This document shows positions 30,006-39,696 of a DNA stretch of 55,152 bases, piece after piece. How positions within the stretch are numbered: position 1 is the first letter of the stretch; each line of letters begins with the position of its first letter. This stretch comes from an uncultured virus (IMG/VR IMGVR_UViG_3300046804_005083). Its lineage: Duplodnaviria; Heunggongvirae; Uroviricota; Caudoviricetes. The notes below the pieces were generated by a model, which saw only the letters and a list, made by a program, of their open reading frames with translations, made no database searches and was not told the origin of the DNA. Location: positions 62,001-117,152 of the IMG/VR virus record IMGVR_UViG_3300046804_005083; one strand, written 5' to 3'. Position numbers and translations under genes: made by a program.

Positions 30006-30338
30006 ATGGCAGTTTCAGCAGTTAATATTGTCATAGAACAAGGCACTGATTATCAAGAAGTTTTTACTGTAAACAATCCAGATGGAACTCCATTAGATCT
30101 TACGGGATACACTGGAGCAGCAAAAATTCGCAAGTTTCCAGAGTCAACAACATCTACTTCATTTAGTGTCGGTATTGTGTCTACTGCAGGACAAGTTGTA
30201 GTTTCACTTGCAAATACAGTCACCGATGACTTAAAGGGTGGAAGATATTATTATGATATAATAATTACTTCTTCTGTTGGTAAAAAAACTAAAGTCGTTG
30301 ATGGAATGGTGCTTGTAAATCCTAGTGAGTCAATCTAG
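30006..30338 (+). CDS. Fibre adaptor (BppU-like Ig fold)
   Basis: NIVIEQGTDY..PLDLTGYTG.AKIRK..GRYYYDI..KVVDG. Confidence 0.6.
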   Translation: MAVSAVNIVIEQGTDYQEVFTVNNPDGTPLDLTGYTGAAKIRKFPESTTSTSFSVGIVSTAGQVVVSLANTVTDDLKGGRYYYDIIITSSVGKKTKVVDGMVLVNPSESI

Positions 30339-30347
30339 TGAGTCAAT
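30322..30347 (+). repeat. 13-bp tandem duplication CTAGTGAGTCAAT x2
   Basis: Read directly at gene junction. Confidence 0.9.
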
Positions 30348-30350
30348 CTA

Positions 30351-33300
30351 ATGAGTTATAACGTAACAGTAGGATATACTCCTTCTCTCAAAGTTTCAAG
30401 AGAAGCAGCTGGTTTGCAAGGAACTCAGGGAACAACCGGTTCTCAAGGAATTGGTGGTTATATTGGTGCTGATGGATCTCAAGGAACTCAAGGAACTCAA
30501 GGGACTCAAGGGACCACAGGATCTCAAGGGGCTCAAGGATCTCAAGGAACTCAAGGAACCACAGGATCTCAAGGAACACAAGGAACCACAGGATCTCAAG
30601 GAACACAAGGAACCACAGGATCTCAAGGAACTCAGGGGACCACAGGATCTCAAGGAACTCAAGGGACTCAAGGAACACAAGGAACCACAGGATCTCAAGG
30701 AACACAAGGAACCACAGGATCTCAAGGAACACAAGGAACCACAGGATCTCAAGGAACACAAGGAACCACAGGATCTCAAGGAACACAAGGAACCACAGGA
30801 TCTCAAGGAACTCAGGGGACCACAGGATCTCAAGGTATTCAAGGAACCACAGGAACCACAGGATCTCAAGGTATTCAAGGAACCACAGGAACCACAGGAT
30901 CTCAAGGTATTCAAGGAACCACAGGAACCACAGGATCTCAAGGTATTCAAGGAACCACAGGATCTCAAGGTATTCAAGGAACCACAGGATCTCAAGGTAT
31001 TCAAGGAACCACAGGAACCACAGGAACCACAGGATCTCAAGGTGCTACGGGTTCTCAAGGTTCAACAGGTTCTCAAGGAACACAAGGTATTTACGGTCCA
31101 GTAGCAGGTTCTGCTAATCAAGTTGTTTACAAGGATGGATCTAATAATCCAGCTGGATCTGGTAATTTAACATTTGATGGAACTAATCTTTATGTTGCAG
31201 GAAACATAACAGTTGGTGGAACATCTTCATATATTATATCTAATCAACTTAATGTTGCAGATAAAGATATAGTAGTTGGATACACTACTAATGCTTTTGG
31301 TGTTGATGTTTCTACAGATACAACTGCAAATACTGGTGGTATTGCAGTTGCTTCTACCATAGGAACTCCACTAGTTAGCTTTAACTCTGGAGGAGAAATT
31401 ACTCCAGATACTTATAAGCAACTAATGTGGTTTAAGGCTGGTACTTTTACTGGATTAAACACGGATGCCTGGGCATTCAACTATGCTCTTGGTATTGGAA
31501 CTTTACAAATTCCAAATGGAGTAAGACTTGCTGTAGGTGGAATGCAAGTTACTGATTCAACAGTAAGCACTCCACAATTGAGTATTTCTGGTCTTTCTAC
31601 TTTTGGAAATACCATTAAACTTAATGCTGGAATACTTGATTTTTATAGTAATGTAGGCACTGCAGGATCAATTTTAATTTCTACTGGTGCTGGAGTTTCT
31701 TGGACAACTCCTTATGCTGCCGGATTACAAGGTGTTCAAGGTACACAAGGTCTTCAGGGAACTCAAGGTACTCAAGGTTCAACAGGTTCTCAAGGAGCCA
31801 CTGGAACTCAAGGTGCTACAGGTTCTCAAGGTGCTACAGGTTCTCAAGGAACTTTAGGTTCTCAAGGAGCCACTGGAACTCAAGGTGCTACAGGTTCTCA
31901 GGGTGCTACAGGTTCTCAAGGAACTTTAGGTTCTCAAGGAGCCACTGGAACTCAAGGTGCTACAGGTTCTCAAGGAACTTTAGGTTCTCAAGGAGCCACT
32001 GGAACTCAAGGTGCTACAGGTTCTCAAGGTGCTACAGGTTCTCAAGGAACTTTAGGTTCTCAAGGAACTTTAGGTTCTCAAGGAACTTTAGGTTCTCAAG
32101 GAGCCACTGGATCTCAGGGTTCAACAGGTTCTCAAGGTTCAACAGGTGCTCAAGGAGCCACTGGATCTCAAGGTTCAACAGGTTCTCAAGGAACTTTAGG
32201 TTCTCAAGGAGCCACTGGATCTCAGGGTTCAACAGGTTCTCAAGGTTCAACAGGTGCTCAAGGAGCCACTGGATCTCAAGGTTCAACAGGTTCTCAAGGA
32301 ACTTTAGGTTCTCAAGGAACTTTAGGTTCTCAGGGTTCAACAGGTTCTCAAGGAACCACTGGAACTCAAGGTACTCAAGGAACTCAAGGTACAACAGGTC
32401 CAGTAGCAGGTTCTGCTAATCAAGTCGTTTATAAAGATTCATCTAATAATCCTGCAGGTTCTAATAATTTTACTTTTAATGGAACATCAGTTGGCATTGG
32501 TACTACAAATCCAACCTCAAAACTTTATGTTGTTGGTGATACTTATATTACTGGTATTTTAACTGCTAATAGAATTATAAGTTCTCTTTATGGTGAATTT
32601 ACTGGTGGATCTGTTTCTGGTTCAAGTATTGTAGGAACTTCACTTTCAATATCTGGAATTTCTACTTTAGGAACCGTTCAAATTTCTTCTGGAATCGTAA
32701 CAGCAACTACTGGAGTTGTTACTTATTATGGAGATGGTTCTAAATTATCTGGAATTTCTGCAAGTGCAGTAGTTGATGGATTTAATACTGGAATTACAAG
32801 TTCAGTAAGAATTCTTCCATTATCTTATGAAACTACTGTATTTACATTTCCATCAACAGCAGGAAAACAATATGTGATTGAAAGTATTAATGTTGCAAAC
32901 GTAGATACATCTGTTGGTGTAGGAACAACAGTGAATATTATTGCATCAATTCAAGATTCAACTGCAGAGCAAACATACATTGCTTATAATGTTCCTGTTG
33001 TAAATGGTGGTTTGATTGAACTGTTAAAAAATCCAATGGTTGCTGGTCCAAGTGATGTTATTAAAATGTGGGCCACAAACTCAGGTTATGTTGGAGTAAA
33101 TAGTTCAGTTGAAGTTTATATAAACTATAGTGAATATACAAGCACAAGATATATTAGAGATTATTCTTCTACAGTTTCAATTGCAACAACAGACTTAACA
33201 ACGGTTTATACATCAACTACTTACCCAACAACAATTCAAAGTATTCACTTAACAAATAGAACAGATATTGGTGATTATCCAGTTTCTGTTACCATTACAA

Positions 33301-33467
33301 ATGGAACATCAACCACATATCTTGCAAGAGACTTAATTATACCAAGATATTCAACTGTTGATATTTTAGATCGTCCAAAGAGAGTTGAACTTAATGGAAC
33401 TATTGGTATTAAAGTTGGACAGACATCAACAATTGATGTGATTATTGCCGGTAAGCAAATTGTTTAG
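30351..33467 (+). CDS. Collagen-like fibre protein with two Gly-X-Gln/Thr tracts
   Basis: Long (G-X-Y)n tracts; VGIGTTNP; C-terminal tandem beta-sandwich-like repeats. Confidence 0.85.
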   Translation: MSYNVTVGYTPSLKVSREAAGLQGTQGTTGSQGIGGYIGADGSQGTQGTQGTQGTTGSQGAQGSQGTQGTTGSQGTQGTTGSQGTQGTTGSQGTQGTTGSQGTQGTQGTQGTTGSQGTQGTTGSQGTQGTTGSQGTQGTTGSQGTQGTTGSQGTQGTTGSQGIQGTTGTTGSQGIQGTTGTTGSQGIQGTTGTTGSQGIQGTTGSQGIQGTTGSQGIQGTTGTTGTTGSQGATGSQGSTGSQGTQGIYGPVAGSANQVVYKDGSNNPAGSGNLTFDGTNLYVAGNITVGGTSSYIISNQLNVADKDIVVGYTTNAFGVDVSTDTTANTGGIAVASTIGTPLVSFNSGGEITPDTYKQLMWFKAGTFTGLNTDAWAFNYALGIGTLQIPNGVRLAVGGMQVTDSTVSTPQLSISGLSTFGNTIKLNAGILDFYSNVGTAGSILISTGAGVSWTTPYAAGLQGVQGTQGLQGTQGTQGSTGSQGATGTQGATGSQGATGSQGTLGSQGATGTQGATGSQGATGSQGTLGSQGATGTQGATGSQGTLGSQGATGTQGATGSQGATGSQGTLGSQGTLGSQGTLGSQGATGSQGSTGSQGSTGAQGATGSQGSTGSQGTLGSQGATGSQGSTGSQGSTGAQGATGSQGSTGSQGTLGSQGTLGSQGSTGSQGTTGTQGTQGTQGTTGPVAGSANQVVYKDSSNNPAGSNNFTFNGTSVGIGTTNPTSKLYVVGDTYITGILTANRIISSLYGEFTGGSVSGSSIVGTSLSISGISTLGTVQISSGIVTATTGVVTYYGDGSKLSGISASAVVDGFNTGITSSVRILPLSYETTVFTFPSTAGKQYVIESINVANVDTSVGVGTTVNIIASIQDSTAEQTYIAYNVPVVNGGLIELLKNPMVAGPSDVIKMWATNSGYVGVNSSVEVYINYSEYTSTRYIRDYSSTVSIATTDLTTVYTSTTYPTTIQSIHLTNRTDIGDYPVSVTITNGTSTTYLARDLIIPRYSTVDILDRPKRVELNGTIGIKVGQTSTIDVIIAGKQIV
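30411..31090 (+). repeat. Collagen-coding 9/18/27-nt tandem repeats (GTTGSQGTQ type)
   Basis: ggaaccacaggatctcaaggaacacaa units; boundaries approximate. Confidence 0.9.
31722..32398 (+). repeat. Second collagen-coding repeat tract (GSQGAT/GTLGSQ type)
   Basis: ggttctcaaggaacttta and ggtgctacaggttctcaa units; boundaries approximate. Confidence 0.9.
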
Positions 33468-33481
33468 TGAGGTAATAAGAA

Positions 33482-33520
33482 ATGAGTATTCGTGAAGATG
33501 TATTTGGATTACCACAATAA
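33482..33520 (+). pseudogene. 12-aa remnant MSIREDVFGLPQ, probable deletion scar of a propeller gene
   Basis: GAGG SD; 3' 19 nt identical to end of 37133-39058 gene. Confidence 0.6.
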
Positions 33521-33523
33521 ATA
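33516..33523 (+). promoter_or_regulatory. Late promoter AATAAATA
   Basis: Overlaps stop of remnant ORF, upstream of glycosyltransferase. Confidence 0.6.
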
Positions 33524-33545
33524 CCTCAAACACACATAAAACATT

Positions 33546-34199
33546 ATGAGTCTAATGATTGCTCTCCCTTGTCATGGGGGAATTGTGAGTGAAAAAACAA
33601 CAATGAGTTTATTCAATCTAGGCAAACTTCTTGCTAGAAATAATATTTCTCACGGACTTTTAACACAGGCAAATTCTTCTTTAATTACAATTGGAAGATC
33701 TAAGTGTGTTAATTTTTTCTTGAATAATACAGAACACGAATATCTTCTTTTCTTAGACAGTGATATTGGTTTCAATCCAGAAGATGTATTAAAACTTTTA
33801 TCTCATCAAGTTGATATTGTTTCTGGTGCTTATCCAATGAAAACGATACCTATTCGGTATTGCATTGATATACTGCAACCAGAAGAACGAAAAGGTGATT
33901 TAATTAAAATTGGTGGAAATGGAATGGGATTTGTTCTTATTCATCGCAATGTGTTTTTGAATATATCACAAAATTTTCCAGAACTTAAATACATTCCACC
34001 AACAAATGATAGCAATTATTCACCAACACAAGCAGAGTTAAATAATTCATATCATTATTTTATGGAGCACAAAGAAAATAATTCCTTTATGAGTGAGGAC
34101 AAAAGTTTCTTTTTCCGTGCTAAAATGTTAGGATATGATATATGGTTAGATACATCAATTAAATTGCAACACATTGGTTCACATATTTTTACTGAGTAA
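33546..34199 (+). CDS. Glycosyltransferase, GT-A fold (GT2-like)
   Basis: IALPCHGG, SLITIGR, LFLDSDIGF (DxD), GFVLIHR, SEDKSF, HIG. Confidence 0.82.
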   Translation: MSLMIALPCHGGIVSEKTTMSLFNLGKLLARNNISHGLLTQANSSLITIGRSKCVNFFLNNTEHEYLLFLDSDIGFNPEDVLKLLSHQVDIVSGAYPMKTIPIRYCIDILQPEERKGDLIKIGGNGMGFVLIHRNVFLNISQNFPELKYIPPTNDSNYSPTQAELNNSYHYFMEHKENNSFMSEDKSFFFRAKMLGYDIWLDTSIKLQHIGSHIFTE

Positions 34200-34202
34200 C
34201 TT

Positions 34203-36605
34203 ATGAAATCTGGAGCAAGTGAAAGTTCTTATCATTACCTTTCACAACACTATGTAATTCCCGAAGATGTAGAAGTATCACATCTTCCAGAAGTTCTTAA
34301 AAAATCAAATAAACCTTACAAGATTTTATGGGGTCAACACGCATATGACCAACCAGTCTTTGTAAATTTTAATCACAAAGATGTGACTCATATTGTTTCA
34401 CCATCACATTGGGCAAAAGAGCAACTCATCAAGTATCATAATGTTCCAAAGAATAAAATTACTGTTATTCCAACTGGAGTCAGTGATAGTTTTATCTTTA
34501 GTGAAAATAAAACAAAGACTTTTATTCATACTTCAATTCCTTATAAAGGTCTAGAACTTCTTCCTTCAATTATTCGTCGTATTCATATAAAGCATCCCGA
34601 TGCAAAGTTCAAAATCTTTTCATCAATGTCTTTGTATGGACCTTCTAATGACCCTTATATTGAATTGTATGAAGAACTTAAGACTTTACCAAATGTAGAG
34701 TATTCTGCAGCAGTAGATCAAGAGGAACTTGTAAAGCACTATCAAGAATCAGCATTTTTTATTCATCCTAATATTTGGGAAGAGACCTTCTGTGTTTCAA
34801 TGACCGAAGCAATGAAGTGTGGTGCATATCCAATTATTACAAACATTGGTGCATTGGAAGAAGTTGCTGGTGAAAACTTTGCATCTGTTGTACCGATTGA
34901 TGGTAACAGGACATCAAAAGGATATGAGGTTACTGAGAACTTTCTAAATACATTTGCAGAGGTTTGTTGCACTGCTCTAGATTATTTTGAGGTAGATAGA
35001 ACTTATTATAATCAAATCTCTAAATCACTTTCCAATCATATTTCACAAAAGTGTGATTGGAAAAAAGTTGCAAAACAATGGGAGAAACTCATCAATACTG
35101 TTTGTAGTCCTAATGTATTTTTTAGGGACAACAGTGTTGATAAGTCAATTTATGATGAAGTTTATATTCAAAATGTTTATGAAATTGAAACCCTAAATGA
35201 AGATGATGTTATTGTGGATATTGGTTCTCATTGTGGATATTTTTCCAAATTGTGTCTGGATAAAGGAAGTAAAAATGTAATTTCCTTTGAAGCAGATGAA
35301 AGTAACTACCAATGTTATCTAAAAAATCTATCCAAATATCAGGGATGGAAGTGTAACAATATTGCTGTTTGGAAAAGAACTTGCGATGAAGTTCCTTTTT
35401 ACACTTATCCTCACAGTGAAAATACAGGACTTAACTCTTTTTACAAAAATCCTTATATGAATTCCTATAAGGAAGTGAAAGTTAAAACAATTTCTTTAGA
35501 TGATATTTTATCTTCTTATAATAAAATTAAACTATTGAAAATTGATGCTGAAGGAAGTGAATATGATATTTTGATGAATTCAAAAGAAATTGAAAAAATT
35601 GAAAGTATTGTTGGAGAATATCATAATGATATGACCGACAAAACTATGGATGATTTGAAAACATATTTGACCAATAAAAACTTTATCATATATAAAACAG
35701 TTAAATTTAATCAAACTAGTGGATTATTTTTTGCAAAACACAAGTCTAAAATGAATGGAGAAACTATGACTACTGAGAATACTGCATTGACTTATCAACC
35801 TATTTCAGCACAACAAGCAGTAATGGATGAAGATTATCTTCATAAGGCATTTCAAAATGTAATGAAGTGGGAAGAGAGTGATAAAGAACTTGCACAAGGC
35901 AGAACAAACTTCCAGTTAGAAAAGTTTGCTCTACTTGAAACTCATACACTTCCTGTTGCTTTTGAAAATACACTGAAAGCACGAAGGCAAATGGCGGAAG
36001 GTTATATGTATAAACTCATTGAGATGAAAGAAAAGGTTCGTGAGTTTGAATACAAGTGGAAAGACCAAGATAGAACTCAACCAATCTTCTGGGAAGAAAG
36101 TGGTCCTGGTGGTGGTTCAAAGAAACTGCATTGGTTTGACCTGGATGAGCTATCACTCACACATTACCTAAAGTCTTGTGAACTTGAGATTCGTGACCGT
36201 CTTCATCAAATGGAGCACTTGGATAAAATTTTAGATAAACTAATGGAACAGAATGGTGGAAAACCAATCACCAGAGAGCAATTCCTGGAAGGCGATGCTC
36301 TGTATTGGGAAAGAAGATTTGCAGACCAAGCAATGGATGAAATGATTGCTGCACAGACTGGTATTTCCATTGGTAACCTTCACAGTATGCGTCGTGCTTC
36401 TGCACCTGCAATTGTTGATAAGAGAAATGAACTTCCAGAAGGTTATCTACCATTGAATAAAATGTTGGATAGTCCACACGGTAAAATGGAATTCTTGAAT
36501 GATTTGCAAAGAAAAGTTCTTACAGGTATTCAAGAAGTTACTGGTCAAAATTTGGGTATGATTACTGGTAGCCCTGAGGAGCAAAGAAAACTGGAAGGTA
36601 ACTGA
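34203..36605 (+). CDS. Fusion: GT4-like (GT-B) glycosyltransferase + FkbM methyltransferase + C-terminal helical domain of unknown function
   Basis: HTSIPYKGLE, EETFCVSMTEAMKCG (EX7E); VDIGSHCGYFS, LLKIDAEGSE; coiled-coil-like tail. Confidence 0.82.
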   Translation: MKSGASESSYHYLSQHYVIPEDVEVSHLPEVLKKSNKPYKILWGQHAYDQPVFVNFNHKDVTHIVSPSHWAKEQLIKYHNVPKNKITVIPTGVSDSFIFSENKTKTFIHTSIPYKGLELLPSIIRRIHIKHPDAKFKIFSSMSLYGPSNDPYIELYEELKTLPNVEYSAAVDQEELVKHYQESAFFIHPNIWEETFCVSMTEAMKCGAYPIITNIGALEEVAGENFASVVPIDGNRTSKGYEVTENFLNTFAEVCCTALDYFEVDRTYYNQISKSLSNHISQKCDWKKVAKQWEKLINTVCSPNVFFRDNSVDKSIYDEVYIQNVYEIETLNEDDVIVDIGSHCGYFSKLCLDKGSKNVISFEADESNYQCYLKNLSKYQGWKCNNIAVWKRTCDEVPFYTYPHSENTGLNSFYKNPYMNSYKEVKVKTISLDDILSSYNKIKLLKIDAEGSEYDILMNSKEIEKIESIVGEYHNDMTDKTMDDLKTYLTNKNFIIYKTVKFNQTSGLFFAKHKSKMNGETMTTENTALTYQPISAQQAVMDEDYLHKAFQNVMKWEESDKELAQGRTNFQLEKFALLETHTLPVAFENTLKARRQMAEGYMYKLIEMKEKVREFEYKWKDQDRTQPIFWEESGPGGGSKKLHWFDLDELSLTHYLKSCELEIRDRLHQMEHLDKILDKLMEQNGGKPITREQFLEGDALYWERRFADQAMDEMIAAQTGISIGNLHSMRRASAPAIVDKRNELPEGYLPLNKMLDSPHGKMEFLNDLQRKVLTGIQEVTGQNLGMITGSPEEQRKLEGN

Positions 36606-36606
36606 G

Positions 36607-37140
36607 GTGAATCAAAAGTTTATGATTATTGATGACTTTTATGATATTGCTCATCAGTATCATCAAAGTTTCTTTAGTAAACAGTGTATGATAACTGAAG
36701 AGACGACTCAAAAACTTTCTTATATTTTGAGTCGTCCTTTGAAAATTGTAGAAGCATTTAATGAAGTTACATTTGAGAATAATGAAAATCCAATCACTGC
36801 AAATACTGCTTGTGATTGGATTGCTGTAATTTATTTAACATTACCACCTAATTGTGTAATGAAAAAGGGATTGAGTTTTCATATTCATAAGAAAACAAGA
36901 CTTGATAATTTTCCAAATGAGTATGCCTGCCAAATTAATGGTTGGCAGAATATGGATGATATTGTAAAGTCTTTTGATGTGGATAATGAGAATGAATGGG
37001 AAGAATATGCAAATGTGTTTGTAAAATATAATCGTTGTGTGTTATTCAAAGCAGATTATTGGCATTCTTATGGATATGGTTTTGGTAGTGAAATAAATAA
37101 CTCAATGCTATACCAGAAGTTGTTAATAAAAAATGCCTAG
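36607..37140 (+). CDS. 2OG-Fe(II) oxygenase-like protein (DUF6445-like), HxD motif missing
   Basis: IIDDFY, WIAVIYL, KYNRCVLF..WHS; paralogous to 39078 ORF; GTG start. Confidence 0.6.
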   Translation: MNQKFMIIDDFYDIAHQYHQSFFSKQCMITEETTQKLSYILSRPLKIVEAFNEVTFENNENPITANTACDWIAVIYLTLPPNCVMKKGLSFHIHKKTRLDNFPNEYACQINGWQNMDDIVKSFDVDNENEWEEYANVFVKYNRCVLFKADYWHSYGYGFGSEINNSMLYQKLLIKNA

Positions 37141-39058
37141 TCCAAGGGGGATATTTCGACTTAAGCAAGTATATGAAGAGCAATTAAGTAATAATTGGTC
37201 AGTAAAAAGTGATGTATGGTTATCAACTCCTCAAGGAACCATAAACTTTGGATCTGGTGCAGTAGCAACTCCACAGACTGGTTACTTTGGTGGAGGTAAT
37301 CCTGGACCATATTCAACAGTAGATCGTATAGATTACTCCAATGATACAGCAACAGCAGTCGCAAAAGGACCATTAAGTGTCGGTAGATATTTCTTAGCAG
37401 CAACAGGAAACAGTTCTTATGGTTACTTTGGTGGTGGTGCTACAGTATCAACAGTAGACCGTATAGATTATGCTAATGATACTGCAACTGCATCACCAAA
37501 AGGACCATTGAGTCTTGCTAGATATGGTGTAGTAGCAACAGGTAACAGTTCTTATGGTTACTTTGGTGGTGGTAACGGACCCGTATCAACAGTAGACCGT
37601 ATAGATTATGCTAATGATACTGCAACTGCATCACCTAAAGGACCATTGGGTCCTGCCAGAATAAGACCTGCAGCAACAGGTAATAGTTCTTATGGTTACT
37701 TTGGTGGTGGGTTTTTTCCTAGTCCAGGATCAAGAGTAGACCGTATTGATTACTCTAATGATACTGCAACAGCATCACCAAAAGGACCATTGAGTCTTGC
37801 TAGATATGACTTAGCAGCAACAGGAAACAGTTCTTATGGTTACTTTGGTGGTGGTTATCCTACAGTATCAAGAGTAGATCGTATTGATTACTCTAATGAT
37901 ACAGCAACAGCAGTCGCAAAAGGACCATTGAGTGCGGCAAAATATGGTCCAGGTGCAACAGGTAATAGTTCTTATGGTTACTTTGGTGGTGGTGCTCCTG
38001 GTACATATTCGACAGTAGACCGTATTGATTATGCTAATGATACTGCAACAGCATCACCTAAAGGTCCATTGAGTGCTGCTAGAAGATATTTCGCAGCATC
38101 AAGTGCAAGAGCAAATGCACTTCCATCAACAAATACTACATTACCACCAGCAAATTTCCCAACTCAAAGTTATCCAGTCACATTCTATGGTTACTTTGGT
38201 GGTGGATATGTTTCTAGTTATGTATCAACAGTAGACCGTGTTGATTATGCTAATGATATTGCAACAGCATCACCTAAAGGACCATTGAGTCTTGCTAGAG
38301 GATACTTAGCAGCAACAGGTAATAGTTCTTATGGATACTTTGGTGGTGGATATCTAGTATCAACAGTAGACCGTATAAATTATTCTAATGATACTGCAAC
38401 AGCAGTCGCAAAAGGACCATTGAGTCTTGCTAGATATGGTTTAGCATCAACAGGAAACAGTTCTTATGGTTACTTTGGTGGTGGTTTTGCTCCTGGTGCA
38501 GTATCAACAGTAGATCGTATTGATTATGCTAATGATACAGCAACAGCAGTCGCAAAAGGACCATTGAGTGCTGCTAGACAATACTTAGCAGCAACAGGTA
38601 ACAGTTCTTATGGATACTTTGGTGGTGGTGGTGGTGCTGGAGTATCAAGAGTAGATCGTATTGATTACTCTAATGATACTGCTACTGCATCACCTAAAGG
38701 ACCATTGAGTCTTGCTAGATTTGGTTTAATTGCAACAGGTAATAGTTCTTATGGATACTTTGGTGGTGGTAATCCTGGTCCAGTATCAAGAGTAGACCGT
38801 ATTGATTATGCTAATGATACCGCAACTGCATCACCAAAAGGACCACTAAGTGCTGCTAGAAGATACTTAGCAGCAACAGGAAACAGTTCTTATGGTTACT
38901 TTGGTGGTGGTTTGAATCCTGGTGGTTATTTTTCAACAGTAGATCGTATTGATTACTCTAATGATACAGCAACAGCATCTGTAAAAGGACCATTAAGTGC
39001 TGCTAGAGGGTATTATCCAGCAGCAACCTCAGCAGCAGCAAACGGATTACCACAATAA
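37133..39058 (+). CDS. Kelch-like repeat protein, 12 blades (2 six-bladed propellers)
   Basis: Counted 12 repeats of GYFGGG-var-STVDRIDYSNDTATASPKGPLS-var-ATGNSSY with a linker after blade 6. Confidence 0.82.
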   Translation: MPSPRGIFRLKQVYEEQLSNNWSVKSDVWLSTPQGTINFGSGAVATPQTGYFGGGNPGPYSTVDRIDYSNDTATAVAKGPLSVGRYFLAATGNSSYGYFGGGATVSTVDRIDYANDTATASPKGPLSLARYGVVATGNSSYGYFGGGNGPVSTVDRIDYANDTATASPKGPLGPARIRPAATGNSSYGYFGGGFFPSPGSRVDRIDYSNDTATASPKGPLSLARYDLAATGNSSYGYFGGGYPTVSRVDRIDYSNDTATAVAKGPLSAAKYGPGATGNSSYGYFGGGAPGTYSTVDRIDYANDTATASPKGPLSAARRYFAASSARANALPSTNTTLPPANFPTQSYPVTFYGYFGGGYVSSYVSTVDRVDYANDIATASPKGPLSLARGYLAATGNSSYGYFGGGYLVSTVDRINYSNDTATAVAKGPLSLARYGLASTGNSSYGYFGGGFAPGAVSTVDRIDYANDTATAVAKGPLSAARQYLAATGNSSYGYFGGGGGAGVSRVDRIDYSNDTATASPKGPLSLARFGLIATGNSSYGYFGGGNPGPVSRVDRIDYANDTATASPKGPLSAARRYLAATGNSSYGYFGGGLNPGGYFSTVDRIDYSNDTATASVKGPLSAARGYYPAATSAAANGLPQ

Positions 39059-39061
39059 ATA
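39054..39061 (+). promoter_or_regulatory. Late promoter AATAAATA
   Basis: Overlaps stop codon, 16 nt before ATG 39078. Confidence 0.6.
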
Positions 39062-39077
39062 CTCAAAAATCTTTATT

Positions 39078-39695
39078 ATGAAACAAAATATTATTGTTGT
39101 TGATGATTTTTATTCAAATCCACAAGAAGTTAGAGATTTTGCTTTAAAGGCAGAATATCCAGAACCAGAAGATAACTATACATATCCAGGAAGAAACTCA
39201 AACGATTCTTATTACTCACAAGATATTCATAAGTCTTTTGAGAATGTGGTCAAGGAACAACTTATTCCTGCAGATAAGAATGGATATTTTCGCATTTCAT
39301 TAGCAACAGATTCTCATCGTCAAGATGTTCACGTAGATCCATCTTGGGAATGGGGTGCTGTAATTTATATGTCTTCACCAGAAGATTGTGTTGATGAGGG
39401 TGGTACATCATTCTGGAAACATAATGCTCTTCAAAGTGAAAATATTCCAAAAACCGATGAAGAAGCACAGTTTTATGGATATCCAACTTATAAAGAATGT
39501 TGGTGGACAACTGTATATGGTGATGGTTTAGATCGTTCAAAGTGGACTCGTTACTTTCTGTGCCCGATGAGATATAATAGATTAGTATTGTTTCGTACTC
39601 ATTTATGGCATTCTCATAATTTTAATTTTGGGAACACTCTTGAAAACGGTAGATTAGTTCAGTTATTTTTCTTTAATCCAGTTAAGGAGTGGTAG
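39078..39695 (+). CDS. 2OG-Fe(II) oxygenase-like protein (DUF6445-like)
   Basis: Start reassigned to MKQNIIVVDDFYSNP; VHVD, YNRLVLF..WHSH, GRL. Confidence 0.75.
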   Translation: MKQNIIVVDDFYSNPQEVRDFALKAEYPEPEDNYTYPGRNSNDSYYSQDIHKSFENVVKEQLIPADKNGYFRISLATDSHRQDVHVDPSWEWGAVIYMSSPEDCVDEGGTSFWKHNALQSENIPKTDEEAQFYGYPTYKECWWTTVYGDGLDRSKWTRYFLCPMRYNRLVLFRTHLWHSHNFNFGNTLENGRLVQLFFFNPVKEW

Positions 39696-39696
39696 A

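Noticed and set aside
30388..32419. Long alternative-frame and antisense ORFs over collagen tracts (also 47333-48156)
   Set aside because: By-products of stop-free periodic repeats; no SD or promoter support.
38997..39077. N-terminal extensions in the ORF track (also 49921, 53130, 53798, 54827)
   Set aside because: They overlap upstream genes or promoters; downstream ATGs fit domain starts better.
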